Assembly: GCA_965218425.1 (NCBI GenBank)
Contig: OZ244621.1
Coordinates: 3,616,001 to 3,680,000 of the forward strand
DNA: 64,000 bases
Direction: 5' to 3'
From: an uncultured Candidatus Binatia bacterium
GTDB lineage: Bacteria; Desulfobacterota; Binatia; UBA9968; CAXXLF01
Position 1 is the stretch's first letter. Each line of letters begins with the position of its first letter. Shown in pieces: positions 40,816 through 51,340 of this stretch. A model generated the notes under the pieces. The model was not told where the DNA came from. It searched no databases and saw only the letters and a program-made list of their open reading frames with translations. The translations under genes and the position numbers were made by a program.

Positions 40816-41982
40816 TCAACGTTTTATAATCGTTTTCAGGTACTTAACGATTTCACCTCGTTGTCTTACATACTTCTCCTTGTAGTTCGCTTGATAAGAG
40901 TCGTACTTTTCCGGCCTTGGCACGATGCCAGGATCGAGATGGTCTTGCGAGACATCCACACGCCGGCTCCAGTATCCCGAGGCTTTGCTATATGCCAGCT
41001 GGGCATCCTTGCCCAAGAACCAGTTGATGAATACCTTGGCGGCATTGGGATGGGGGGCGCGATTCACAAGCGCGATGCTTGCCGTGGCGGTGGTTAAATA
41101 ACTTCCTTCCTTGATGTTGTCAGCGGAGAATCGGCCGAGGGGCAGACCCTTTGATGAAAGTTCATTATATATGCCCTGGTGAACGCCGATTCCAAGATGA
41201 TAGTTTCCCCGCGCCACCTCTTCCAGGAGTTGACGGTAGTTTCGCACTAGAGTAATTTTTTGCTCGCTAAGTAAGCGCCGCAGAAATTCCTTTCCCAAGG
41301 AAGGTTGAACATAGGCAAAGGTAGCCGAGGCTAGACCGGCGCCGGGCTGTCGCGGGTCAAACATAAGTATTTTCCCGCGCCACTTGGGGTCGAGTAAATC
41401 CCAAAATGATCGAATATCGTCCTTCTTTACAAGATTGGTATTAAACGCAAAGGGCGGAATAACGTACCCGCCAAAGGCCAAGTTGTATGTTCTCGCGTCA
41501 TCGGCAAAATCGATTTTTCCACCAAACCATTTACTAGGATCAGACACCTCTGGAAGGATGAAAGCGGGTCCTATGGGGTCAAATGCCCCTGCCGGCATTA
41601 ACAGTCTAAGGGCCGTGGTTGTCCCTCCTATATATACATCCCATCCGTATCTGCCAGCCCGCCGTTCTGCTAACGCGCGCGGGGCTATGCTTCTGCCACC
41701 GGCAACAAGGAGTTCTACTTTAATCCTGGGAAATTTTCCCTCAAAACCCTCCTTGAAAAGTCGTCGCATGGCTGAGGAAGCACCTCCTCCGTGCATGACG
41801 GCCACCCGTGCTTCTTTTCGGGCCGCTTGAAGAGTGCGATTCCACTCTACCTGTGATTCCCTCTCAGCCGCCGCGAGCCCAGGAAAAGAGGCCATAAGGA
41901 TTAATCCTAACGTCCCGACGAATAGTTTCCGCCAACCACGATCAAACCGTTCACCACCGGTTAAAATATGATTGATTCGCAT
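40816..41982 (-). CDS. Extracellular solute-binding protein (iron/polyamine-like family)
   Basis: Signal-like N-terminus, WNRTLQAARKEA, DLLDPKWRGKI and APHPNAAKVFINWFL motifs; AAGGAG RBS before ATG 41982. Confidence 0.88.
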   Translation of the reverse strand: MRINHILTGGERFDRGWRKLFVGTLGLILMASFPGLAAAERESQVEWNRTLQAARKEARVAVMHGGGASSAMRRLFKEGFEGKFPRIKVELLVAGGRSIAPRALAERRAGRYGWDVYIGGTTTALRLLMPAGAFDPIGPAFILPEVSDPSKWFGGKIDFADDARTYNLAFGGYVIPPFAFNTNLVKKDDIRSFWDLLDPKWRGKILMFDPRQPGAGLASATFAYVQPSLGKEFLRRLLSEQKITLVRNYRQLLEEVARGNYHLGIGVHQGIYNELSSKGLPLGRFSADNIKEGSYLTTATASIALVNRAPHPNAAKVFINWFLGKDAQLAYSKASGYWSRRVDVSQDHLDPGIVPRPEKYDSYQANYKEKYVRQRGEIVKYLKTIIKR

Positions 41983-42040
41983 AATTAAGCTCCTTTTTGG
42001 ATAAACTTTTATTGAGTTTTCTCTTCTCACTTACTTCGAC

Positions 42041-42562
42041 TTAAAAGAAGATATTCAGATGTCTAGCCCCAACCACCGTCTGGTCCAGCAGGATCGTTCT
42101 TTTCGCAAGGTGCCATACTCCATCGACCTTTCGTAGAAGGTCCTGGCGTTCCCCGGAGTAGAGATCCGGGCTAGGCTCTCCCAGACGATTTCGCGAGACC
42201 AGGATAAAACTGGAGACCTCAACCTCTTGCGGTATATTCGTTGTTTTGATGGTAACGTTTGTAACCATATGGCGGGTCCGTGAAGGGGGTGTATCCGCCC
42301 AGGCAAATTCCGTTGCCAATTTGTTGACTCGAACTCGCAAGGAGGCAATATTCTCGGAGAGAATCTCGGTCTGCTGTGAGTAGTCAAGGGTTCGCGCCTT
42401 GTTTAGCGGGAGCGGCATCCGGTAGCTGATATCCTCTTCCAGCAATTTCAGCCATTCTGAAAAACGACGATCATCCAGCAGCTTGGCCTCGAGGTAGAGG
42501 AAGTGAAGGATTTCAGAATAAAAAGGATCGGCGAGCATGATTGGACTACCGGTTTCAACCAT
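42041..42562 (-). CDS. Aromatic ring-hydroxylating dioxygenase beta subunit
   Basis: FLYLEAKLLDDRRF.EWL, WADTPPSRTRH.VTNV and GERQDLLR motifs. Confidence 0.93.
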   Translation of the reverse strand: MVETGSPIMLADPFYSEILHFLYLEAKLLDDRRFSEWLKLLEEDISYRMPLPLNKARTLDYSQQTEILSENIASLRVRVNKLATEFAWADTPPSRTRHMVTNVTIKTTNIPQEVEVSSFILVSRNRLGEPSPDLYSGERQDLLRKVDGVWHLAKRTILLDQTVVGARHLNIFF

Positions 42563-42574
42563 CTGAATCCTCTT

Positions 42575-43897
42575 TCACCTTATGAGAGGTTCACGCGATT
42601 CTTGCATCAAAAATTTTATACACTGTCCATAGAAGAAGCGCTCGAGGGAATCGAAAAAGGGCGGTTGTCCATAATACCCTTCGCCGGGACCGGGCCACTC
42701 CTTTGAGGGTGGCATATCCAGGCCCAGCTCATAGTGAAGCCAAAGTTCTTTGGCCACCGAGCCACGTAACCCCTGGGTAACTTGAGCCCAGTTTTCTAAA
42801 TCGTCCTGCTCAAATGTCCCTGCGACGCCAAATACCCGTTGGTAACACTGCCTGGAGCACTCCTTCCACCACTGTGGCGCGTTCTTGTCCACAAAGAGCC
42901 AAGTCCATCCCTCCATTTTATCCGGTCCCTTGGGCTGCCACTGACGAAGGGTCAAAAATGAGATGGGCATTCCATCAGGACCTCCCCATTCCTCAGGGGT
43001 GTGGCCCGCCGTTTGAAGAAAACTTAGATTCGGAAAAACGTTGCCGGCCAGCACGATTAGGGGTTTAATTATCTCAAACTGCTCTTTGCTTAGTTTCTGT
43101 TCTAGCTCCGACCAGAGTTCTTGAGGCAGTCCAAGGTAAATCGGCGGGCGTGAGGATGGACCCACCAGCGAGGCGCCGTGGCCGTTACCCAGCGAAACTG
43201 CGTAACCCACCGGCGGACCCGTCGTCTTCAATTCGTGTAAGCCAAGCTGAATGGAAAATCCGTGGGTGGTGAAAACGTGGAAGCCATCTCCAGTGAAATT
43301 AGCCGCACCTAATTTCCAGTTTGTATCTGCTACCCATCGAATGGGTGGACCAACCACCTCAGTTGCCTCCGTTCGTCCGAATGCTAGATCCAACACCCAC
43401 TTCATGGGGCCCAGATAATCAGCCAGGGGCTCCGCGGCAGGATTCCAAGCTGCAAATATCAGACCGTGATATTTGTCGACGGTGGCCTGATAGAGTCCGT
43501 TTTTGCTCTTGTCTAGCCTCCCCTGATAAGCCTCAAGAAACGGGACTGCAATGAGTTCTCCCGCTTCGTTATAAGTCCAACCGTGGTAGCCACAAATAAA
43601 CTTGGAGGTGGTGCCGAGATCCTCCCCGCAAACCTTTCTCCCGCGGTGTCGGCAAACGTTCAGAAACACTCGGATCTTCCCGTCCCGACCCCTCGATACA
43701 ATAACGGGGTCTTCTCCCATTTGGCGCGTAACGAAATTTCCGGCCTGGGGGATTTCTGATTCGTGAGCTACATACAACCAGGTCCTGGCAAAAAGTCGCT
43801 CTAGCTCTAAACGATAGATTTCAGGGTCCGTGAAAATCCGCGAACTCACTAACCCTTCTGCTGGCTTGATCAGATTATCAAACGATACATTGGCCAT
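42575..43897 (-). CDS. Aromatic ring-hydroxylating dioxygenase alpha subunit (BphA/HcaE-like Rieske oxygenase)
   Basis: Rieske CRHRG...CGYHGW; mononuclear iron region NWK....NFTGDGFH....H and EQDDLENW. Confidence 0.93.
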   Translation of the reverse strand: MANVSFDNLIKPAEGLVSSRIFTDPEIYRLELERLFARTWLYVAHESEIPQAGNFVTRQMGEDPVIVSRGRDGKIRVFLNVCRHRGRKVCGEDLGTTSKFICGYHGWTYNEAGELIAVPFLEAYQGRLDKSKNGLYQATVDKYHGLIFAAWNPAAEPLADYLGPMKWVLDLAFGRTEATEVVGPPIRWVADTNWKLGAANFTGDGFHVFTTHGFSIQLGLHELKTTGPPVGYAVSLGNGHGASLVGPSSRPPIYLGLPQELWSELEQKLSKEQFEIIKPLIVLAGNVFPNLSFLQTAGHTPEEWGGPDGMPISFLTLRQWQPKGPDKMEGWTWLFVDKNAPQWWKECSRQCYQRVFGVAGTFEQDDLENWAQVTQGLRGSVAKELWLHYELGLDMPPSKEWPGPGEGYYGQPPFFDSLERFFYGQCIKFLMQESREPLIR

Positions 43898-44124
43898 GCT
43901 GAGTGTCCTCGTCCAATGTGCTTCGTCGCATTTGCCTATGGGCTGAGACCGCTCACACTCAATGGCTGCCAAGGGCAAACACCGGATGACTATATTGAAG
44001 GGATTGTGACTTTGTCAAGTTGGCTTTTAGACCGTTTTTCTCTTACAAACGCTGTGACTTGTGAATTTGCAGGTACAGCCGCGGTTATGGTAGAAGCTGG
44101 CCAAGGCAATTCAAAGGAGGGAAA

Positions 44125-44961
44125 ATGGCACAACTCGGAATGGTTGGCGTGGGGGCTATGGGCAGTTCGCTTTTAGGGCGTTTGAGGCTGGCAGGTCTGG
44201 ATGTAACCGTGTACGACTGCGATGGGGCGGCTCAGGAGAAGGCGCTCTCGCTGGGTGCGCGAGGTGTATCTTCTGCGGCGGCGGTGGCTGAAGTTTCGTC
44301 CATTATCGATGTGGTGGTTCGGACCAACGAGGAGATGTTGGATTGCATGCTGGGGGGAAAAGGGGTCTTGGCGGGTGCCAAGGGCGGCACCCTGGTGCTC
44401 CTCCACAGCACCATACTGCCGAAAATCACAAAACAAGTTGCGGAAGCGGCTCGTGGAAAGGGGGTGGACGTCATTGATGCCTGCATGGTTGGAGTTCCTA
44501 GGGTCGTCCAAAAGGGTGAAGTCAATTTCCTGGTTGGAGGTTCCGCTGAACTTGCGGAGCGCGCGCGCCCGCATCTGCTCAATATGGGTAAAGCTGTAAT
44601 TCACATGGGCCCATTGGGTGCTGGGAATGCCGCGAAGCTGATCAAAAACCTGGTGACTGGTTCAGAAACTTTGATTCTCCACGAGGCCATCAAAATCGGG
44701 GAGGCCTGTGGCATCAAGTACCGCGATGCGCTGGAAATGATGAAACAAGTAGCGTCTTCGGACAGCCTGATTGACCACTGGGAGGAAAGGTTTGACCCTT
44801 CCGGTGCAGACCCGACACCAAAAGTGGGAGTCAACCTCTACGATAAGGACTTACCCCTGGCGGGTCAGGTGGGACGGGAATCTGGGGCCGATATACCCAT
44901 AACCGAACAGCTTGTGGCGGCGGGTTTACGACTCATGGAGGCAAAGAGTAGAGCAAGCTAG
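44125..44961 (+). CDS. NAD(P)-dependent beta-hydroxyacid dehydrogenase (3-hydroxyisobutyrate dehydrogenase family)
   Basis: GMVGVGAMG, HSTI, GPLGAGNAAKLIKN and KDL motifs. Confidence 0.88.
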   Translation: MAQLGMVGVGAMGSSLLGRLRLAGLDVTVYDCDGAAQEKALSLGARGVSSAAAVAEVSSIIDVVVRTNEEMLDCMLGGKGVLAGAKGGTLVLLHSTILPKITKQVAEAARGKGVDVIDACMVGVPRVVQKGEVNFLVGGSAELAERARPHLLNMGKAVIHMGPLGAGNAAKLIKNLVTGSETLILHEAIKIGEACGIKYRDALEMMKQVASSDSLIDHWEERFDPSGADPTPKVGVNLYDKDLPLAGQVGRESGADIPITEQLVAAGLRLMEAKSRAS

Positions 44962-45107
44962 TTTCGAAAAAAGAGGAATAAAAACCAATATAAACCAACT
45001 CATTGATTGGTAATAGATACTTTTATACTTTAAGTTCATAATGCTCCGTTTGGAATCTTAAATTAGAAGGCGGGCCATGTCTGTTCAGTTACTCTCACCC
45101 TAGAACC

Positions 45108-46280
45108 ATGGATGACCCAAGGATCGATTTTGTCCATACCGGACCCGGTACGTTAGCCGGAAAGTATTTACGAATGTTCTGGCAACCCGTTTATCGAGCC
45201 AAGGATCTGGGTATAGGCCGTGCTGTTCCTATCCGCATCATGAGTGAAGGGTTCACCCTTTATCGTGGGGAAAGCGGAATGGCTTACATGGTGGATTTCC
45301 GTTGTGCCCACCGCGGCACGCAACTCTCAACTGGTTGGGTGGAAGGGGATACCATCCGGTGCAGGTATCATGGTTGGAGATACGAAGGAACAGGGCAATG
45401 TGTTGAACAACCCGGGGAGGAAGAGTCCTATGCGAGCAGAGTCAAAATTAAAAGCTATCCCACTTGGGAGTATTTGGGTCTTATTTTTGCGTATCTCGGG
45501 GAAGGCGCCCCGCCACCCTTACGGCGTTTTTCGGATTTTGACAGACCGGGTTTAACCGGCGCCGCGGAGATTGAATATTGGCCCTGCAACTACTTCAACC
45601 GTTTGGATAATGCCTGCGACGCGGGGCATGTGGTATTTACCCATCGAGAGTCGATTCAACGGTCCGGCAGGCTGGACCAGCTTGCGGTGCGCCAGGTCTC
45701 TGCCGAAGAGACCGATTACGGAGTGCGCACTAGTATTCAAGTCCCAGGAAAATCGCCCATTTACCTTCATTGTCACATGCCGAATATCAATCAGGTCAGG
45801 GTCCAGGTGATGATCGAGGGATCAGCGGAAGATGTAAAATCCCTCTGGGCAGACCGGTTGTTTTGGAGGGTCCCCGTGGATGATGAACACTCGGTGAGCT
45901 ATGCGGCGGACTGGCTCCCGTTGACTGGGGAGGACGCAAAAAAATACCAGGAACGGCGCCAGGAGTCCCAGGCATCATTTGAACTCGTGGGTCGTTCCCA
46001 TGGTGAATTGGGCGAAGCCATTCTCCAGGGGCAAATGCAGATAAAGGACATTGACCCCATAACCAACATGTACCAGCTTTTTTTGGCCGAGGACTATGCC
46101 GTGCAAGTGGGGCAGGGGACCGTCGCGGATCGTTCCCATGAAACTCTCGGACGGTCGGATGTGGGAGTGTTCCTTCTACGCAAAATTTGGGAACGGGAAC
46201 TCCGGGCCCTGGCCGAGGGCCGCTCCCTCAAGAAATGGAATACGCCTGCCGGATTAGCCGATCAAAGCGTCATTGCGTGA
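45108..46280 (+). CDS. Single-subunit Rieske oxygenase, phthalate 4,5-dioxygenase/LigX-like
   Basis: TGPGTLAGKYLRMFWQPV, CAHRG...CRYHGW, DNACDAGHVVFTH, EDYAVQVGQG and LGRSDVGV motifs. Confidence 0.9.
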   Translation: MDDPRIDFVHTGPGTLAGKYLRMFWQPVYRAKDLGIGRAVPIRIMSEGFTLYRGESGMAYMVDFRCAHRGTQLSTGWVEGDTIRCRYHGWRYEGTGQCVEQPGEEESYASRVKIKSYPTWEYLGLIFAYLGEGAPPPLRRFSDFDRPGLTGAAEIEYWPCNYFNRLDNACDAGHVVFTHRESIQRSGRLDQLAVRQVSAEETDYGVRTSIQVPGKSPIYLHCHMPNINQVRVQVMIEGSAEDVKSLWADRLFWRVPVDDEHSVSYAADWLPLTGEDAKKYQERRQESQASFELVGRSHGELGEAILQGQMQIKDIDPITNMYQLFLAEDYAVQVGQGTVADRSHETLGRSDVGVFLLRKIWERELRALAEGRSLKKWNTPAGLADQSVIA

Positions 46281-46902
46281 AGCGAAGAATCCAAGTTCCT
46301 TGATGACTCCAATTTTCCTCCGTGAGGAGCCGCGCTAATTCTTCGATGGATAGGGATGATCCGTTGAAAAATCGGCGTTATTTTGATTGATCCACTTTTT
46401 CTGTTTATAAGCTGTAGATAAGTCGGATGAATACCACTTTAGGAGGCTAAAAATAGCGTTTCTCAGCGATATGCTTAACGCCTAGGCTAAAGTTCTTGCA
46501 ATAAAGCAATGACTTACGTGATTTAGCCGGGAATCCGGGACTGAGATGCCTCGCCTAGCCAGGCGGTCCGTAATGGCGCTGGAGAGGAATCTCCAGAAGA
46601 TGGCAGAGCAAATATATCAATCTTCCCAAAACCAGCCCGACAAGTAGGCCTGTCAACCACTTTCGTGCATGTAAACCGATAGAGAGGCAGGGAAAGAAAA
46701 CGGCCATGGCAACCGGACCAAGCATGAGTATGACTCAGTAAAAAAGACGTTTGGCTGAAATCGTGTAAAAACGCCACGGTGAAATGTGGTGGCGTCGGGA
46801 TTTCGGATGAAACGACTTGTCGATACTTGCACTCTCAAGGCTTTCGTTAGGATGATAAGGAGTCTGTTTGCAGAAAAAATCGTGAAAAGGTAGAACCTGG
46901 CC

Positions 46903-47814
46903 ATGGACAAACTCTGTGACCTTTCGGGGGCCGTCTCTCAGGAGGTAAAAGACGGTATGGCCGTGGCCATGGGTTGCGGCCTTGAATCCCTTATCCCGTT
47001 TGCCAGCGGGTATGAAATCATCAGGCAGAGGAAAAGGGACCTTACCCTGATCGCTCCTATCTCCGATATCCAGTTTGACCAGCTCATAGGGGCGGGCTGC
47101 GTTAAAAAAGTCATCGCGGCTTGGGTGGGAAATGTGGCGGCGGGACTGGGCCACAACTTCAGACGAGCCATGGAAGAAAGTGTCCCCAATCCGCTGCAAA
47201 TAGAAGAGCATTCTAATTTTACTTTGGGGTTGGGTCTCAAGGCTGCGGCCATGGGTTTGCCGTTTCTTCCCACCGGCACGGTGCGAGGTAGCGACTTTGG
47301 TCAAGGCTCCCAATTTCGAACCGTGGAATGTCCGTTTAGCGGTGAAGAGCTCTTAGCCGTGGGGGCCATTGTTCCGGACGTAGCGATTCTTCACGTACAT
47401 CGGGCCGACTCGGCGGGCAACGCCCATGCTTGGGGCAACCTGGGAGTCATCCAGGAGGCGGCGCTGGCCGCAAAACGGGTGATACTTACCTGTGAGGAAA
47501 TCGTCAACCATGAGCATATCCTCAGTGACCCCAATCGGACCATCGTGCCCGGTTTCCTTGCGTCCAAAGTGGTTCACCTTCCTTTTGGCTCACACCCGTC
47601 ACCCACCCAGGGGTATGCGCGAAGAGACGACCTCTTTTATTTTGATTACCACAAGCAGTCGCGTAGCCGGGATGATTTTTTGAAATGGCTGGAAACGTGG
47701 GTCTACGGGGTCGAGGGCCATAAGGGTTACCTCCATCGCCTCGGCAAAGAGCGATTGGAGAAGCTAAAGCCTGCCGGTGATTTGTTGTCCCCGGTAGTGA
47801 ATTTCAGCATGTGA
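46903..47814 (+). CDS. CoA-transferase subunit A (GctA/CatI-like, family I)
   Basis: EIIRQRKRDLTL, LIGAGCV, IEEHSN, AAAMGLPFLP and HVHRADSAGN motifs. Confidence 0.9.
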   Translation: MDKLCDLSGAVSQEVKDGMAVAMGCGLESLIPFASGYEIIRQRKRDLTLIAPISDIQFDQLIGAGCVKKVIAAWVGNVAAGLGHNFRRAMEESVPNPLQIEEHSNFTLGLGLKAAAMGLPFLPTGTVRGSDFGQGSQFRTVECPFSGEELLAVGAIVPDVAILHVHRADSAGNAHAWGNLGVIQEAALAAKRVILTCEEIVNHEHILSDPNRTIVPGFLASKVVHLPFGSHPSPTQGYARRDDLFYFDYHKQSRSRDDFLKWLETWVYGVEGHKGYLHRLGKERLEKLKPAGDLLSPVVNFSM

Positions 47815-47844
47815 GGCGCTAAAGGGGGATCATTCCGCACTTCC

Positions 47845-48621
47845 ATGTCCAATACGCAGAATCTTATGGATTATACGCGAAGGGAATTGATGGTGGTGGC
47901 CGCGGCGCGTGAGATTCGTGACGGAGAGAAGGCGTTTGTGGGTATGCGCTTACCTTTACTCGGTTTCGCCGTGGCAAAGGAACTCCATGCGCCCAATGCC
48001 ATTGGAATATTTGAAAACGGTGTCGTTCGCGATTGGCCTGCCATGGATCCGATATTTACCATGAGTGACCCGCCGAACGTAGCGCGTTCTCTATACTGCG
48101 GTGGCCTAGTGGACGTTATGGGGTTGCTGCAGAGCGGGCGTGTGGAATTGGGCTTTATCGGGGGAGCCGAAGTGGATCGATTCGGCAACTTAAACACCCA
48201 TTGGGTGGTGGAAGGTGAAAAGCAAACAAGACTACCGGGCAGTGGAGGGGCAGCGGATATTGCAACCCTGGCGGGCCGTTGTATCATCATCATGAATCAT
48301 GAGAGACGTCGGTTTCCTCCCAAGGTCCACTTTATCACCTCGCCGGGATACGGTGATGGTAAGGATTGGCGAAAAAAACAAAGCCTCAGGGGAGGTGGGC
48401 CGAATCGAGTGATTACGAGCCTGGGAATCTTTTCCTTTGACCCAACGAGTCATGAAATGGTTCTCAGTTCCACCCACCCTGGTGTTACGATCCATGAGGT
48501 TCAGGGGGAGACCGGTTGGTCTCTCAAAATCTCTGACGACATCAAAGAAACACCTCCCCCTTCCAAAGACGAGGTCGCCGCGGTGAGAAAATATGATCCG
48601 AAGGGCGTTTGGACGTCTTGA
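47845..48621 (+). CDS. CoA-transferase subunit B (GctB/CatJ-like)
   Basis: IFENG (catalytic Glu region), GAEVDRFGNLN, RLPGSGGA and FITSPG motifs. Confidence 0.9.
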   Translation: MSNTQNLMDYTRRELMVVAAAREIRDGEKAFVGMRLPLLGFAVAKELHAPNAIGIFENGVVRDWPAMDPIFTMSDPPNVARSLYCGGLVDVMGLLQSGRVELGFIGGAEVDRFGNLNTHWVVEGEKQTRLPGSGGAADIATLAGRCIIIMNHERRRFPPKVHFITSPGYGDGKDWRKKQSLRGGGPNRVITSLGIFSFDPTSHEMVLSSTHPGVTIHEVQGETGWSLKISDDIKETPPPSKDEVAAVRKYDPKGVWTS

Positions 48622-48675
48622 AAAGGCTCCTCCCATGGAACCACCTGGTCAAGCATCCGCCATCTGAGGGATTCA

Positions 48676-50583
48676 ATGGGATGGATCGATGTGGGCGTCA
48701 TTGCCCTTTTTATCATCTACGCCATCGGCTCAGGGCTTAAAAACCGGGGCCAAGCTTCCAAAAACATAGAAGAGTATTTTCTGGCAGGGCGCAGTCTGCC
48801 GGGGTGGAAGGCTGGACTGAGCATGGCGGCTACACAGTTTGCCGCCGACACTCCGCTGCTGGTAACTGGAATTATCGCTACTGCGGGGATATTTGCCCTT
48901 TGGCAACTATGGATCTACGCCTTAGCCTTCTTACTCATGGGATTCGTCATGGCTTCCAACTGGCGGCGAGCCGGCGTGATCACAGACGCGGAACTCACGG
49001 AGGTGCGTTACGGTGATAAGCCGGCGGCGGTCCTTCGAGGGATCAAGGCTCTCTATTTTGGTACTGTCTTCAACTGTACCGTTCTTGCCTGGGTGCTATT
49101 CGCCGCTGTAAAAATCGCTGAACCCTTTCTCCTTTGGGAACTTTGGTTACCCTCGGGAGTCTTGCGGCCCGTTGTGGATTTAGTGGAGTGGGTGGGAGTC
49201 CCGTTAACCGTGGTCCCGGCCAACGATCCGGACGTTTGGGTTAAATCTGCGTCCAACCTGGTCTCCATCCTGTTGATGGTCTTTGTGACTACACTGTATT
49301 CGGCCACCGGGGGATTGAGGAGCGTCGTGTCCACCGACATGGTGCAGTTCTCCATCATGTTGCTTGGGACTCTGTGCTTTACGATCATTGTGGTGGCAAA
49401 GGTGGGAGGTCTCCATGCGGTTACGGATCAGATCTATGCCAAGTTTGCCGGCGCAGGGCCAGGGGGCATCTTGCCCGGACAGATCTTGGCCTTCACTCCA
49501 GATCAGGCAAAGGATGCTTCCTTGGCCTTACTCTTTCTCTTTGCCTTTCAGTGGCTCATTCAACTCAATTCAGATGGCACCGGCTATCTGGCTCAAAGGT
49601 CCATGGCCTGTCGCAGCGAGAAAGACGCGAAAATTGCGGCTGTTGTCTTTACCTTCGCCCAGGTCCTGTTGAGGAGCCTCTTGTGGCTTCCTTTGGGCTT
49701 GGGGCTTTTAATCCTGTTTCCTCCGGATCCAAACCTGGCGCGGGAATACCTGCAAGGCGATCGAGAGGCAACCTACGTGAGGGGAATGGCGGAACTGCTA
49801 CCCCCCGGGGTGTTGGGCTTGACGCTGACCGCCATGCTGGCGGCCCTGGCCTCCACCGTGGACACCCATTTGAATTGGGGAGCTTCCTATTGGACCAACG
49901 ATATTTACAAGAGGTTTATCTGCCAGGCCTGGCTGGGGCGGGAGCCGGGGGAGCGCTCCCTGGTTTGGGTGGCCCGCGGTGCCAACATGCTCATTTTGAC
50001 CATTGCCCTGGTTATTATGACCCAACTGACATCCATCAACCAGGCATGGCAGTTGAGTCTTCTCCTGGGCGCGGGTATGGGAGTGGTTTTGATTTTACGC
50101 TGGGTATGGTGGCGCATGAACGCATGGGCGGAAATTGCGGCCATCGTGGTCTCCCTAGTTGTTGCGCCCTTTCTCCTGGTCTATGTGGACGATGAGCATC
50201 ACGCGTTGAGATTGCTGGTCATGGCCATGGTCTCCACAGTGGCCGCACTATTGGCCATACGGGTTGCGGGGCCGGAGGATAGGGCTCAATTGACTTCATT
50301 TTATAAAAAAGTGAGACCCGCCGGATTCTGGGGACCCATTGCCAGGGAAGCGGGTGTGGTAAATGATCATGGGCCCCGTCGCCTGTGGCGCTCCATCGGT
50401 GCCATGTTGGCCTGTGGGCTTTCCGTATTTTGTTTGTTGGTGGGAATCGGCAGCTGGCTTGCCGGAAGTCCGGCCCCCTTTTGGTTCCCGTGGCCGTCTC
50501 TCTGGGTGTTTCTGTTAACCTTCTTTGGACTGGCTCTTTTTCCTTTGTGGTACCGGCTTGGATTTAGCGAAGACAACGGCTAG
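48676..50583 (+). CDS. Sodium:solute symporter (SSS family)
   Basis: YFLAGRSLP, ATQFAADTP, GGLRSVVSTD and ASTVDTHLNWG motifs; many TM helices. Confidence 0.92.
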   Translation: MGWIDVGVIALFIIYAIGSGLKNRGQASKNIEEYFLAGRSLPGWKAGLSMAATQFAADTPLLVTGIIATAGIFALWQLWIYALAFLLMGFVMASNWRRAGVITDAELTEVRYGDKPAAVLRGIKALYFGTVFNCTVLAWVLFAAVKIAEPFLLWELWLPSGVLRPVVDLVEWVGVPLTVVPANDPDVWVKSASNLVSILLMVFVTTLYSATGGLRSVVSTDMVQFSIMLLGTLCFTIIVVAKVGGLHAVTDQIYAKFAGAGPGGILPGQILAFTPDQAKDASLALLFLFAFQWLIQLNSDGTGYLAQRSMACRSEKDAKIAAVVFTFAQVLLRSLLWLPLGLGLLILFPPDPNLAREYLQGDREATYVRGMAELLPPGVLGLTLTAMLAALASTVDTHLNWGASYWTNDIYKRFICQAWLGREPGERSLVWVARGANMLILTIALVIMTQLTSINQAWQLSLLLGAGMGVVLILRWVWWRMNAWAEIAAIVVSLVVAPFLLVYVDDEHHALRLLVMAMVSTVAALLAIRVAGPEDRAQLTSFYKKVRPAGFWGPIAREAGVVNDHGPRRLWRSIGAMLACGLSVFCLLVGIGSWLAGSPAPFWFPWPSLWVFLLTFFGLALFPLWYRLGFSEDNG

Positions 50584-50836
50584 AATTCTTGAGTCTATTC
50601 GTTCCATTGATATGGGTGAGGTTTCGTGGTGTGGGATAAAATAGGCCTTGCAGAAAAATTCGCGACCAGGTAGATAGAGGTTCCATGAATTGCCCCACTA
50701 GGGAATTCAACCGGTCTTCATTTGGTGTTGACCATGGTGTTTTCATGCCGACTCATCCACGGGAAGTGTGTCCGTCGACTCCCTCAATGCCAATTCGCAC
50801 ATTGAAAAAAGCATCAGGGGCGGGTTGCGGATAGTC

Positions 50837-51331
50837 ATGTTGCGGGTGGTGTCAAAATTTCTAATCCTGCTGTGTTTTTGGATCCTTCTTTCAGGTCAGA
50901 TCGATATTCATGAAGCCGGGGATCGCTTCTTGATGGCCTGCGGCGTGGTGACCTGTATCTTTGTAACCTATCTTACCCACCGCAAGGGCATACTGGACGA
51001 GGAAGGACATCCCATTCATCTGGCGCTGGCGGTGCTCGCTTACTTTCCATGGCTCCTTTGGCAGATTGTCATTGCAAATCTGGATGTGGCCTATCGAGTC
51101 TGGCATCCAAGACTAAACATCTCACCCCGAATGATACGAATTTCCTACAGCACCAAGACCCCGGTGGCGACGGTGGTCTACGCCAACTCCATCACCCTCA
51201 CGCCGGGCACCGTTACCGTCAGTGTGGACGAACAGAAAGGTGAGATGCTGGTGCACGCCCTTTCCGACAAATCAGCCGCGTCGCTACTCTCTGGCGCCAT
51301 GCAGGACCGTATTCACAAGCTGGAGGGATAA
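50837..51331 (+). CDS. mrpE: Mrp Na+/H+ antiporter subunit E
   Basis: ANSITLTPGT and LVHAL motifs. Confidence 0.9.
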   Translation: MLRVVSKFLILLCFWILLSGQIDIHEAGDRFLMACGVVTCIFVTYLTHRKGILDEEGHPIHLALAVLAYFPWLLWQIVIANLDVAYRVWHPRLNISPRMIRISYSTKTPVATVVYANSITLTPGTVTVSVDEQKGEMLVHALSDKSAASLLSGAMQDRIHKLEG

Positions 51332-51340
51332 ACCATAGGT

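Noticed and set aside
46281..46902. 620-bp spacer with short ORFs and an ACGCCAC/GTGGCGT hairpin
   Set aside because: No recognisable protein, RNA family or repeat.
49374..50195. 273-aa alternative-frame ORF inside the symporter gene
   Set aside because: Arg/Gly/Cys-rich off-frame read typical of GC-rich membrane-protein genes.
50584..50836. Na+ or Li+ riboswitch upstream of mrpE
   Set aside because: The context fits, but I could not match a consensus by eye; an Rfam scan (DUF1646, nhaA-I, nhaA-II) would decide.
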